Numbered from the stretch's first letter, positions 1 through 8,323 are shown. The stretch is DNA of 32,000 nucleotides from Candidatus Thorarchaeota archaeon (GCA_048882505.1 JBHLRO010000002.1:30001-62000); one strand, 5' to 3'. Notes: generated by a model from the sequence alone, not told the origin. Program-made: numbers and translations.

Positions 1-1
1 C

Positions 2-886
2 ATGCTCCTAGAATGTAAAGACCTCATTAAAATCTATTCGTCACCCGTTGAGGGCCTAAATTTTCCCGCACTTCGTGGGTTACATTTCTCACTCCGAGGA
101 GGAGAAATGGTCTCAATCATCGGCCCTTCGGGCGCAGGAAAAACCACGCTATTTCGCTTGATCAGTGCCTATGATCGACCAAGCTCGGGGGAAATCTGGT
201 TTGAGGGGGATCTGATCAATCAGTTTTCTGAGGCTGAATTATCAGAATATCGAAAGAAGATAGGCATAATGTACCAATCACCTAGAGAGAACTTGGTATG
301 GGGAATGAATGCATTGGATAATGTATTATTTCCTATGCGATATTCCGGGAGGTTTATTCCCTATCACAAACAAAGAGCGCGTGATTTACTAAAGAGAGTG
401 GGGCTAAAGGGGAAAGAATCAAGAAAACCAGCACAGCTTTCAGGGGGCGAGCAACAGCGAGTTGCCCTTGCAGTGGCCCTTGCGAATGAGCCCAGCTTGT
501 TACTTGCCGACGAACCTACTGGAGAACTCGACAGTGTTACAACATCCGTAATAATTGATTATTTTAAAGAATTAAATGAAGAACTTGGGGTAACTATCTG
601 CGTGGCAACCCATGACCATCGTTTTTCTACCAGAACCGATCTTACTTATCAAATTCAAGATGGACGATTAACTGCATATCAGTCTCAGAAGGAGGGGATT
701 CTAAGTTCTGAAGAACGAGAGGAAATGGCCATCATTGACTCCAATGGAAATATAAGGCTGCCGGATGAAGTCTTAAAGCATTTTGAGGGTGTCACTTCAG
801 CGAAAGTGGTTGTGAAGAAGGATAAGATCGAATTGGTAAATTTAAGTTCAGACCAAAAGAAGAAGAAGGTAGAGAGGGATGACTGA
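2..886 (+). CDS. ABC transporter ATP-binding protein (LolD/MacB-like) with C-terminal AbrB-like extension
   Basis: Walker A GPSGAGKT, signature LSGGEQQR, Walker B LLLADEPT, H-loop VATHD; C-terminal IIDSNGNIRLPDEV resembles the AbrB/SpoVT beta-hairpin motif. The start is at the window edge and could lie further upstream. Confidence 0.9.
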   Translation: MLLECKDLIKIYSSPVEGLNFPALRGLHFSLRGGEMVSIIGPSGAGKTTLFRLISAYDRPSSGEIWFEGDLINQFSEAELSEYRKKIGIMYQSPRENLVWGMNALDNVLFPMRYSGRFIPYHKQRARDLLKRVGLKGKESRKPAQLSGGEQQRVALAVALANEPSLLLADEPTGELDSVTTSVIIDYFKELNEELGVTICVATHDHRFSTRTDLTYQIQDGRLTAYQSQKEGILSSEEREEMAIIDSNGNIRLPDEVLKHFEGVTSAKVVVKKDKIELVNLSSDQKKKKVERDD

Positions 887-1583
887 AAACGAATCTCTAT
901 TTAGATTAGAGAACCTACATCGATATTATGTCAACAAAGCTGAAATTGTAAAAGCAATCGACGGAATTGATTTAACCATCAATTCTGGGGAGTTTGTTGT
1001 CATTTTAGGCCCCTCGGGGTCTGGAAAAACAACATTACTAAACTTGCTTGCTGGACTAGATAAAACTACAACGGGTTCTATATATTTTAACGGGCAAGAC
1101 GTGTCCCAACTTAGTGATTCTGAACTTTGTCACATCAGACAATTTGACATAGGAATCATATTCCAGTTTTATAATATGCATCCAGCGTTTAATGTCCGAG
1201 AAAATGTGGAGTACCCCATGTTGATCTCTAAAGTTCCACGAGAAAAAAGGCGAAAAAGAGCTAGTAATCTACTTCAACGATTGGGGGTATATGAGAAACG
1301 AGAAAGTTTACCCTCAGAATTGTCGGGCGGAGAAAAACAGTTGGTAGGAATTGCTAGAGCATTGACAAATGACCCCACGGTTATTATTGCCGATGAACCA
1401 ACAGGAAATCTCGATTCCGAAAATGCTGCTTCGGTAATTGAAATCCTTTTGACAATAAATAGGGAAGGAAAAACTATAGTAATGGTAACTCATGATGAGA
1501 CGTTGGTAAAGGAAGAAATGCGCGTTTTGACGCTAGTAAATGGAAAAATAAGGACTCATGGTGCCGACTCCACTGGTCCGTAA
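879..1583 (+). CDS. ABC transporter ATP-binding protein (LolD/MacB-like)
   Basis: GPSGSGKT, LSGGEKQ, IIADEPTGNLD, MVTHD; overlaps the previous gene by 8 nt (coupled). Confidence 0.92.
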   Translation: MTENESLFRLENLHRYYVNKAEIVKAIDGIDLTINSGEFVVILGPSGSGKTTLLNLLAGLDKTTTGSIYFNGQDVSQLSDSELCHIRQFDIGIIFQFYNMHPAFNVRENVEYPMLISKVPREKRRKRASNLLQRLGVYEKRESLPSELSGGEKQLVGIARALTNDPTVIIADEPTGNLDSENAASVIEILLTINREGKTIVMVTHDETLVKEEMRVLTLVNGKIRTHGADSTGP

Positions 1584-1689
1584 CTTTGAAACTTAGTTCA
1601 AGCATATTTTTCCAGTCTCCTGGGGCCCCGTTTTTTTATCTGAATGGGCGCCTCGCCTCTCAATATTTAAATGAATATGAAATCGGCTT

Positions 1690-1953
1690 TTACCGAATAT
1701 TAAACCCTTTGCCGAAGTTCAGCTCGATGCAAAGGTCACAGGGCAAGGAACTCTTTATTTTACTAATAATGCTGGCAAAGATAAGAAGACCGAGTCCAAC
1801 TAGGGCGGATTGGATGGGGCCTGTCACATCCCCCGTATCGAGAACCGTATCATGGTACCCTTCATGGGCTGTGACAGTTTGACCAAGTACGAAGAGGGGT
1901 AAGAAAATTAGACCCAATAAAAGCGTATACGGTTTTCTCATGGTAGAACCCAA
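1690..1953 (-). CDS. Small hypothetical membrane protein (signal peptide plus one TM helix)
   Basis: Hydrophobic N-terminus (LLLGLIFLPLFVLGQTVTA) and a second hydrophobic segment (ALVGLGLLIFASII); no family recognised. Confidence 0.5.
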   Translation of the reverse strand: MGSTMRKPYTLLLGLIFLPLFVLGQTVTAHEGYHDTVLDTGDVTGPIQSALVGLGLLIFASIISKIKSSLPCDLCIELNFGKGFNIR

Positions 1954-2303
1954 ACAGAAGTTAATCCTGAAGAGGAGGATTAGGGATTACTCTACGGGAT
2001 TTTTCTAAAAAGCAATCTTTACGATGACTGTATTTTTGGTTTTTTTTGGTAGTATAATCGTCGAGATGGTACCACCGAATAGTTATCTCCTCCTAGTCTC
2101 AGAAATCGGCTAGTGTACGGCTCAAAATCCATCGTATAAGGCGATTGTTAAAAAACTTAAACGACAATATGTGCAACCCTTGAGATTTGAGGGAAATCAG
2201 CGAGGAGCCAATGCTCTACTCACAAGGCATGAAGAAGGTAAGATGATGGGAACTCAAAGAAAGTTAGGTGTTTTTTTAAAATCCTTTACGATTTGGAAAA
2301 AGA

Positions 2304-3347
2304 GTGGCTCAAATGAGAAATATTGATGGTTCTCGCGGTGAGGGAGGAGGTAGCATACTACGAATCGCTACTGCCCTTGCCGCCGTGACACAAGAGCCAA
2401 TAGAGATCACTAATATAAGAAAAAAACGGCCTAAGCCCGGATTGAAGGCCCAGCATTTAATGGGATTACAGGCATTGGCTGATTTTTGCGGGGGTAGCCT
2501 AGAGAATGCTTACCTTGGCTCAGAAGCTATTAGCTTTTTTCCCACCAATGATTGGAAGTCACATCTAAAGATTCATGTTGCAACCGCAGGTAGCATCGGT
2601 CTCATTCTTCAAACCCTTCAAATTGCTAAACTGGCAAATAAATCCCTTTCCCTAACGGTGGAATTCCAAGGTGGGGCCACATTCGGTAAATGGGCACCAA
2701 GTATTCCATATGTCGATCATGTGACCTGGACTGTTCTTAGGATGATGGGGTGCCAGCTGGAATTAACGGTTGGACGCCACGGATTTTTTCCAAAGGGCGG
2801 CGCCAAGGTTGGTGCAAAAATGACGTCTATGGGCTCCTTGAACGGGCTAAAATCAGATGAATTCCAAGCACCCAACCACGCCACGGTTCTCTCATTCGCG
2901 TCAGAACATCTGAAAAAAGCGCATGTTGCAGACCGACAAAGTAAGACAGTTGTGAATGCATTGAAAGGAAGAAACATCGCTACCACGGTTTACAATGAGA
3001 TTGTTCCAGCAGATAATCCCGGATCTGGGATCTTAGTCTTCTCACACAGTGGAGATAACATCATCGGAGGGGATTTTGTTGGAGAAAGAAAACTTCGGGC
3101 GGAACAAGTTGGCCAAAATGCAGTCGAACGATACATCAAAGTCGTGAAGAGTAAAAGTACAGTGGATCCACTTTGTGCAGATCAAATCCTCCCAATCATG
3201 GCCTGTGCAACCTCCTCAAGCGTTTTCACAACCCCTTACATTTCAAACCATACAAAAACTAACATTCGTTTGATTCAGGAACTCCTCGATGTTACAATAA
3301 CTCCTACAAAAGAAGAAACAAACTATCTTATCTCAGTCGACCTTTGA
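2304..3347 (+). CDS. rtcA: RNA 3'-terminal phosphate cyclase
   Basis: DGSRGEGGGSILR, RPKPGLKAQHL, GFFPKGG, ADQ and SNHTKTN (catalytic His) motifs; GTG start. Confidence 0.93.
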   Translation: MAQMRNIDGSRGEGGGSILRIATALAAVTQEPIEITNIRKKRPKPGLKAQHLMGLQALADFCGGSLENAYLGSEAISFFPTNDWKSHLKIHVATAGSIGLILQTLQIAKLANKSLSLTVEFQGGATFGKWAPSIPYVDHVTWTVLRMMGCQLELTVGRHGFFPKGGAKVGAKMTSMGSLNGLKSDEFQAPNHATVLSFASEHLKKAHVADRQSKTVVNALKGRNIATTVYNEIVPADNPGSGILVFSHSGDNIIGGDFVGERKLRAEQVGQNAVERYIKVVKSKSTVDPLCADQILPIMACATSSSVFTTPYISNHTKTNIRLIQELLDVTITPTKEETNYLISVDL

Positions 3348-3677
3348 AGACTGGGTTTCGTCCATTATCCACTGTAAATAGTTCTTACTTCCCGATTGGA
3401 TAGGATATACAGCAAGTGCGGGTAAATCATAGGGGTGGATATCTAGAAGTGTTGTACGAATCTGATCTACCAACTCGGTTCGCGTTTTACACCATAGAAT
3501 GATCTCCTCTTCTTCTTCGATTTGACCATGCCATCGAAATATCGATTTTACCTGAGGGATGAGATTAGCGCATGCGACTAGATTTCGTTCAACCAAAGTT
3601 CTTCCGATATTTGTGGCATCTTCTATTGTAGCAACAGTGGTGTACACAGCACAATACATAAAAAAGTCTCCATACAA
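3333..3677 (-). CDS. cutA: Divalent-cation tolerance protein CutA
   Basis: LVERNLVACANL, SIFRWHGQIEEEEE, HPYDLPAL, YLQWI motifs; the true start may be the ATG at 3659. Confidence 0.93.
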   Translation of the reverse strand: MYGDFFMYCAVYTTVATIEDATNIGRTLVERNLVACANLIPQVKSIFRWHGQIEEEEEIILWCKTRTELVDQIRTTLLDIHPYDLPALAVYPIQSGSKNYLQWIMDETQSSKVD

Positions 3678-3691
3678 CTTTGAGCTTCTAG

Positions 3692-4078
3692 TTACTTCTT
3701 CTGATGAATGCTCCGTTTTAGCCTTTTCCGTTTTTGCCTCTTAGGATTCAAGTATCCAAATCGACGCTCTTGCCCGCACATTAGACATTGATAGTGGACT
3801 TGCCGCTTTTTGCTGTTTAATCTTACCCGGGTGGTCTCCACGCTTAAGGGGGTATGACATGCCCGACAAAATTTCATTCTATACTGACGGGGAAGGGGAA
3901 TCTTCACTCGTGTTCGAATCTTCAGTGCATCTTTGGCTAGATCCTGTGCCCGCTGAGTGTCATGCACCCGTAATTGGAGACTTTCGTCTAGTAAATATAA
4001 TACGGCCTCTTTTCCAAACGAATGCTGTTCTCGCTTCTCGGTTCTTCGGACTAGACGCTTTTGCTTTTTAGATACCAT
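3692..4078 (-). CDS. rnp4: Ribonuclease P protein component 4 (Rpp21)
   Basis: Basic protein with FCRACHTPL ... CLMCG zinc ribbon, and RVRL ... RRF typical of Rpp21/Rpr2. Confidence 0.88.
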   Translation of the reverse strand: MVSKKQKRLVRRTEKREQHSFGKEAVLYLLDESLQLRVHDTQRAQDLAKDALKIRTRVKIPLPRQYRMKFCRACHTPLSVETTRVRLNSKKRQVHYQCLMCGQERRFGYLNPKRQKRKRLKRSIHQKK

Positions 4079-4163
4079 GATTCCTGAATGCTCGGGAGGT
4101 GGAGTTGAGTGTTCAAGAAATGTTAATAGCTTTTTAATAAGAAATGGTTACACGCCCTACTGC

Positions 4164-4171
4164 TTATAAAA
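4164..4171 (+). promoter_or_regulatory. Putative TATA box for the tRNA-Glu/SmAP1/rpl37e unit
   Basis: TTATAAAA about 45 nt upstream of the tRNA 5' end, in the divergent rnp4/tRNA intergenic region. Confidence 0.5.
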
Positions 4172-4264
4172 GGCTGTCAGAGTGATCTGTTGGTCTTAAA
4201 AAGCTGCTAGAGGCACGCTCCGATAGTGTAGCTTGGCCCATCATTTAGGGCTTTCACCCCTAAG

Positions 4265-4299
4265 GCTTCGTCCCCCTTAAACCTGGGACGAAGGAGGAT
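4265..4299 (+). other. tRNA-Glu intron 1 (35 nt, position ~45/46, relaxed BHB)
   Basis: Perfect 9-bp intron stem CTTCGTCCC/GGGACGAAG; central helix CCTA/GAGG with one mismatch; 3-nt bulges AG|G and AT|A. Confidence 0.75.
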
Positions 4300-4312
4300 A
4301 CCCGGGTTCAAA

Positions 4313-4342
4313 GGGTTTAGAGTCGTTCTCTCGTCCTGAAAT
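4313..4342 (+). other. tRNA-Glu intron 2 (30 nt, position 59/60, strict BHB)
   Basis: T-stem CCGGG/CCCGG, perfect central helix TTCA/TGAA, bulges AA|G and AT|T. Confidence 0.85.
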
Positions 4343-4382
4343 TCCCGGTCGGAGCATCTAATCTTATGGATATGAAAATCAT

Positions 4383-4622
4383 ATGGTACAACGCCCATTA
4401 GATGTTTTGAACGAAGCCCTCAATAAAACGGTGATCCTCAAGGTTCGAGGAAACCGAGAGATTCGAGGTATCCTTCGAAGTTACGATCCACATCTTAATC
4501 TTGTGTTGGAAGACGCCGAACTGATTCATCCTCCCCAAAACGAAGAGGATGAGGCGAAAATCGAGGAATTAGGTCATATCATCCTCAGGGGTGATAATGT
4601 CATCCTAGTTTCGCCTCCATAA
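4383..4622 (+). CDS. Sm-like archaeal protein SmAP1 (LSm family)
   Basis: RPLDVL, Sm1 motif [18 protein letters not shown], Sm2 motif [13 protein letters not shown]; directly upstream of rpl37e as in many archaea. Confidence 0.95.
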   Translation: MVQRPLDVLNEALNKTVILKVRGNREIRGILRSYDPHLNLVLEDAELIHPPQNEEDEAKIEELGHIILRGDNVILVSPP

Positions 4623-4649
4623 TCACACCCCCAGCAGGAAGTATTCAAT

Positions 4650-4838
4650 GTGACCAAGGGTACAGCATCATTTGGCAAACATACAAGTAAACGCACTCAC
4701 ATCCAGTGTAGGCGGTGTGGTCAGCGAAGCTATCATAAATCTAAACATCGCTGCGCACATTGCGGATATCCTAGCCCAAAATTACGGCGTTTTTCGTGGC
4801 AACGTAAGAATTTTAACAGACGTCGAAGGATAGACTAA
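4650..4838 (+). CDS. rpl37e: 50S ribosomal protein L37e
   Basis: [18 protein letters not shown]...SYH...CAHCGYP; GTG start with an upstream AGGAAG. Confidence 0.96.
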   Translation: MTKGTASFGKHTSKRTHIQCRRCGQRSYHKSKHRCAHCGYPSPKLRRFSWQRKNFNRRRRID

Positions 4839-4894
4839 TACCGTTCTAGCAGGTGTGAATTTAAGTTAATAGCCGCGGTAGCTTAGACCGGGAG

Positions 4895-4926
4895 AACCAC
4901 GCCATTTTGCTGGTGTATTTCCTGTA
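4895..4926 (+). other. tRNA-Phe intron 1 (32 nt, position ~22/23)
   Basis: Central helix CGGG/CCTG, bulges AG|A and TA|A; intron hairpin ...CACGCCA/TGGTGT... Confidence 0.75.
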
Positions 4927-4941
4927 AGCGCCGGACTGAAG

Positions 4942-4968
4942 GCGTTTAATCATCAAAAAATGATAGAA
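4942..4968 (+). other. tRNA-Phe intron 2 (27 nt, canonical 37/38)
   Basis: Inserted one base 3' of the GAA anticodon; central helix CTGA/ATAG (3 pairs including one G-T, plus one mismatch). Confidence 0.85.
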
Positions 4969-5130
4969 ATCCGGTTGTCGCGTGTTCAAATCACGCCCGC
5001 GGCATTAATTTCTCTTTCTTTTGATTATCGTGTGAATTCTGGTGTAGATATTGATAAACCTTCACAAATTTTTTTATAAGTGCAAGTGATTGCCCCCTCA
5101 TCGTTGATAGCGCGATGAGTTGATAACGCA

Positions 5131-5820
5131 ATGAAACCCGTGGTTTCCATTTCTTTAGGTGGATCGGTTATCAATCCTGGTGAAATTGATACCCAATTCC
5201 TTGAACAGTTTACTGGTATGATCAAAAGCTTCTTTCATCAGTCAAAGTTCGTTGTGGTCTGTGGCGGGGGAAAAGTTGCTCGACAATATATTGCGGGGCT
5301 CCCTAAAGGATTAACTGAAGGCGAAAGGGATACTATGGCAATTGCTGCCACGTGGTTGAATGCACGACTGCTTTCATACTACTTTAGGGGACATTGCTCT
5401 GTGATATTACCAACAACTCTGACGGAGGTAGCTGAGCAGTTACAGACTTACGATGTTAGTCTGACAGGAGGATTTTTACCAGCGGTCAAGACAGATGAGG
5501 ATGCTGCTGTTCTTGCTGATTTGGTGGGCTCTGATATACTCATTAATGTTACTAACGTGGATGGCATCTATGATAAGGATCCCCAGGAGTTTAGCGATGC
5601 CAAAAAGCATGATGTTTTGACTTATCGGGAATTTTACGAGGTTGTGTCACCGTTATCATTAGGTGCTGGATCTAAGGCCCCGTTCACGCTAATTGCGGCC
5701 AAAATCTGTGAACGCACCAATGTTCGAATTGTGGTGTGTTTTAAAGACATCGAGAAGATTCGAGAAGCAATTCAAGGGAAAAATGTGGGAACCGTCATTC
5801 AAAACCCAGAAACGGGCTAG
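5131..5820 (+). CDS. pyrH: UMP kinase (archaeal type)
   Basis: SLGGSV, VVCGGGKVARQY, TDEDAAVLA, TNVDGIYDKDP amino-acid-kinase motifs. Confidence 0.93.
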   Translation: MKPVVSISLGGSVINPGEIDTQFLEQFTGMIKSFFHQSKFVVVCGGGKVARQYIAGLPKGLTEGERDTMAIAATWLNARLLSYYFRGHCSVILPTTLTEVAEQLQTYDVSLTGGFLPAVKTDEDAAVLADLVGSDILINVTNVDGIYDKDPQEFSDAKKHDVLTYREFYEVVSPLSLGAGSKAPFTLIAAKICERTNVRIVVCFKDIEKIREAIQGKNVGTVIQNPETG

Positions 5821-5890
5821 AGGCCGCGTTCAGACACTAAGTCCATTAATATCATAGTGGATATCATCTAGGAAGGCCCCAAGAGTACAA

Positions 5891-6868
5891 ATGGAATATC
5901 CAGCCAATAAACAAACTGAGACCTTTGGAACTGCAGTCTTTTGGGCTGAGGAGTATTGGGCTTCAGTTAAACTTGAGTCATTAAGAAATAAGAATCCAAA
6001 TCTAGATTTATCTGGTTTTGTCAACACATCATTTCAAAAAAGGTTATCTACGGTGGTAAAGGAACTTCCTCATACGAAGATACAGGGCACACGAAATTAT
6101 AGTGATCTTGAAAAGATTTCCCCTCCTCTCTGGGATGATCAGAGGCGGTTCATTAATCTATCTCCTTCACACGCCCCTTCGCGTTACATTGCTCAAAAAT
6201 ATTTCTCCGACGTTGGAAATGATCTTGCTATAATCTCATTTGACGCCCATTTCGATCTAGCCAGCCCCCTAGGGACAATCCATGGCAATTGGCTATCTGA
6301 TGAATTATCAAAACGTACTGCAGTAATCGGTGGATGGGCCGAGGCGTCCTCAGATCGTAGGAGGGCCCAACATTCCTTGAGATTTCTGACTCCATCCTTT
6401 ATCTCCCTTATTGATGATCCAGAGTTTACAAGTTGGTTGTCAGGCAAAAAAACCTATGTAACTATCGATTTGGATTATTTTACTATCGGGCAGTCTCCAT
6501 TCCTAGGTTATGCCAATTATTGGCACCGAAACAGGATCATAGGACATACTTTGAATTTAGACCAACTATTAGAATCGAAAAAAGAGGACAATAGTAATAT
6601 AGATTGGTTAGGTGAATTATTCGATTATCCCAATTTGGGCGGATTTTCCGCTAAAAAGAAGAAAAACATTCGGAGAACATCTTCTGAATTATTCAGGATA
6701 CTTGCTCAGTTGGCTGAAGCATTCGAGGAAACCCCTACGGTTTCTCTTCTTGCTCTAGACATTGTAGAATACTCACCAATATGTGATTGGAACTTCTTGA
6801 CATTAAAAGAGTTAATAGACTTCTATTGGAGATTTTGGGCCCTTTTCCATTCGTATCGAATAGGATGA
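5891..6868 (+). CDS. Divergent ureohydrolase (arginase/agmatinase-fold) protein
   Basis: SPSH (GGDH equivalent), FDAHFD, TIDLDY and LDIVEYSP motifs; the rest is divergent. Confidence 0.65.
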   Translation: MEYPANKQTETFGTAVFWAEEYWASVKLESLRNKNPNLDLSGFVNTSFQKRLSTVVKELPHTKIQGTRNYSDLEKISPPLWDDQRRFINLSPSHAPSRYIAQKYFSDVGNDLAIISFDAHFDLASPLGTIHGNWLSDELSKRTAVIGGWAEASSDRRRAQHSLRFLTPSFISLIDDPEFTSWLSGKKTYVTIDLDYFTIGQSPFLGYANYWHRNRIIGHTLNLDQLLESKKEDNSNIDWLGELFDYPNLGGFSAKKKKNIRRTSSELFRILAQLAEAFEETPTVSLLALDIVEYSPICDWNFLTLKELIDFYWRFWALFHSYRIG

Positions 6869-6971
6869 GATCACTAGTAGCGATTCAAAAAAGAATCTTT
6901 TCGGGGAATTTAATTAACAGACAACCTGTCCCCATATATCCATTAGAACATAGAACGAGGCTGAAGTTCCC

Positions 6972-8066
6972 ATGAGCTATCGTCAATATAAAATAGAGAA
7001 ACAACTAGCCGAGTTACAAAAAAAAGAATCTCCAGATGGGAGTACCTGCCTCATTTCGCTGTATGTGCCGCCAAATCGCAAAATAGCGGACTTTGTTCAG
7101 GAGTTATCTGATGAAATTGGGACAGCAACAAATATTCGCAGTAAGTTCACCCAAAAGAATGTGATATCTGCGTTAAAAAATGTGATTGGCAAACTTAAGC
7201 TGTATGGCAATATAGCTCCAGATTCGGGGTTAGCCATTTTTTCAGGGGTGACTGGAACCAGCAACAAATACAGACTAGAATCTTTTGTGTTTGACCAACT
7301 GGCAGAGCCAATATCTCGAAAACTCTATGTATGTGATAATAGGTTTCACGTTGAACATATACTAAATCTGCTTGTCGAAAAAGATACATATGCTCTACTG
7401 GCCATTGATAGTGCCAAAGCCACAATTGCTACCTTGAAGGGTGATAATGTACAAATTATCAAGAGCACACGGAGTGGAGCAGCCAAAAAGCACCGCAAAG
7501 GAGGGCAGAGCAGCGTGCGTTATGCACGATTGCGTGAAGAAGCAATCCAGCGATATTTGAAACGGGTTGCTGATGAAATGAAGGAGTTTTTTATTGAAAA
7601 TGCTGATGAAGAGCTAAAGGGGGTGATCCTTGGAGGCCCAGGTCAGATAAAAGATCAAATCGTGGAGTATTTTGATCCTCGACTGAAAGATAAGATTGTT
7701 GGAACCAAAGACCTGGGGTATGGAGGGGATAAATCAGGGATAAATGAGCTGGTAGCCAGCTCCACAGATATTCTAGCAGGCGTAGCTATCGTTGAAGAGA
7801 AGAAACTCGTACGTCAGTTCACACAAGCGTTAATCGATAACAAAGCCAACTATGGTGAGAAAGAGGTTCGTGAAAACCTGAGAATGGGAGCGGTGGATAC
7901 TCTTCTTCTTTCAAGTGGTCTTGACACTACTCTCATATTAGAACTGGGAGAACTGGCGGAAAAGACTGGTACGCAAGTCGAAATTATCAGTCTGCAAACT
8001 GAAGAAGGACGTAAGATCCAAAGTTTCGGGGGAATTTGTGCTATCCTTCGTTACAAAATCAACTAG
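6972..8066 (+). CDS. prf1: Peptide chain release factor aRF1
   Basis: ISLYVPP, TATNIRS (NIKS-like), LYVCDNRF (YxCxxxF), HRKGGQS, FGGICAILRY; C-domain is compact. Confidence 0.93.
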   Translation: MSYRQYKIEKQLAELQKKESPDGSTCLISLYVPPNRKIADFVQELSDEIGTATNIRSKFTQKNVISALKNVIGKLKLYGNIAPDSGLAIFSGVTGTSNKYRLESFVFDQLAEPISRKLYVCDNRFHVEHILNLLVEKDTYALLAIDSAKATIATLKGDNVQIIKSTRSGAAKKHRKGGQSSVRYARLREEAIQRYLKRVADEMKEFFIENADEELKGVILGGPGQIKDQIVEYFDPRLKDKIVGTKDLGYGGDKSGINELVASSTDILAGVAIVEEKKLVRQFTQALIDNKANYGEKEVRENLRMGAVDTLLLSSGLDTTLILELGELAEKTGTQVEIISLQTEEGRKIQSFGGICAILRYKIN

Positions 8067-8083
8067 TAATGAAAAAAGGCAGA

Positions 8084-8157
8084 TGCGCCGACCGAGATTC
8101 GAACTCGGGTAATCAGCTTGGAAGGCTGAGATCCTAACCGGACTAGATTATCGGCGC
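8084..8157 (-). tRNA. trnG: tRNA-Gly (anticodon TCC), intron-less
   Basis: Minus strand GCGCCGA...TCAGC-CTTCCAA-GCTGA...CCGAG-TTCGAAT-CTCGG-TCGGCGC-A, a full 74-nt cloverleaf. Confidence 0.96.
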
Positions 8158-8323
8158 TTCTTTTGTATCTGAAATAAAGAAACATCAGCAAATAATCTTT
8201 ATATGGAAGGGATTTTTTGCGTTTATTTCGCAGTTTATCCTACTCTATAAATTTTGAGGGTTCATCCGATATGAATCGATTTCCCGTTCTTCTCCTTCGG
8301 AACAGATAAACTCAAGTCAATTA

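Larger units (their letters stand above)
4217..4356 (+). tRNA. trnE: tRNA-Glu (anticodon TTC) with two non-canonical introns
   Basis: Acceptor GCTCCGA/TCGGAGC, anticodon arm TAGGG-CTTTCAC-CCCTA, T-arm CCGGG/CCCGG. Removing 4265-4299 and 4313-4342 restores variable loop AGAC and T-loop TTCAAAT. No encoded CCA. Confidence 0.9.
4872..5004 (+). tRNA. trnF: tRNA-Phe (anticodon GAA) with two introns
   Basis: Acceptor GCCGCGG/CCGCGGC, anticodon stem CCGGA/TCCGG with loop CTGAAG|A, T-arm GCGTG-TTCAAAT-CACGC. Removing 4895-4926 restores D-stem GCTT/GAGC; removing 4942-4968 restores the anticodon loop. Confidence 0.92.

Noticed and set aside
1706-1735. Hairpin CCTTTGC...GCAAAGG as a SECIS or K-turn element
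   Set aside because: A single 7-bp stem inside a small ORF, no in-frame TGA selenoprotein candidate nearby and no clear consensus.
1954-2303. 350-nt intergenic region as an ncRNA (C/D box, SRP, RNase P RNA)
   Set aside because: No paired C/D boxes and no SRP or RNase P consensus found by eye; T-rich tracts fit divergent promoters or terminators.
2304-3347. RtcA as an inactive Rcl1-like protein
   Set aside because: The catalytic His in NHTKTN and the RxxRxxPGL motif are retained.
4207-4398. 63-aa minus-strand ORF over tRNA-Glu
   Set aside because: Antisense to a well-formed tRNA gene; no protein features.
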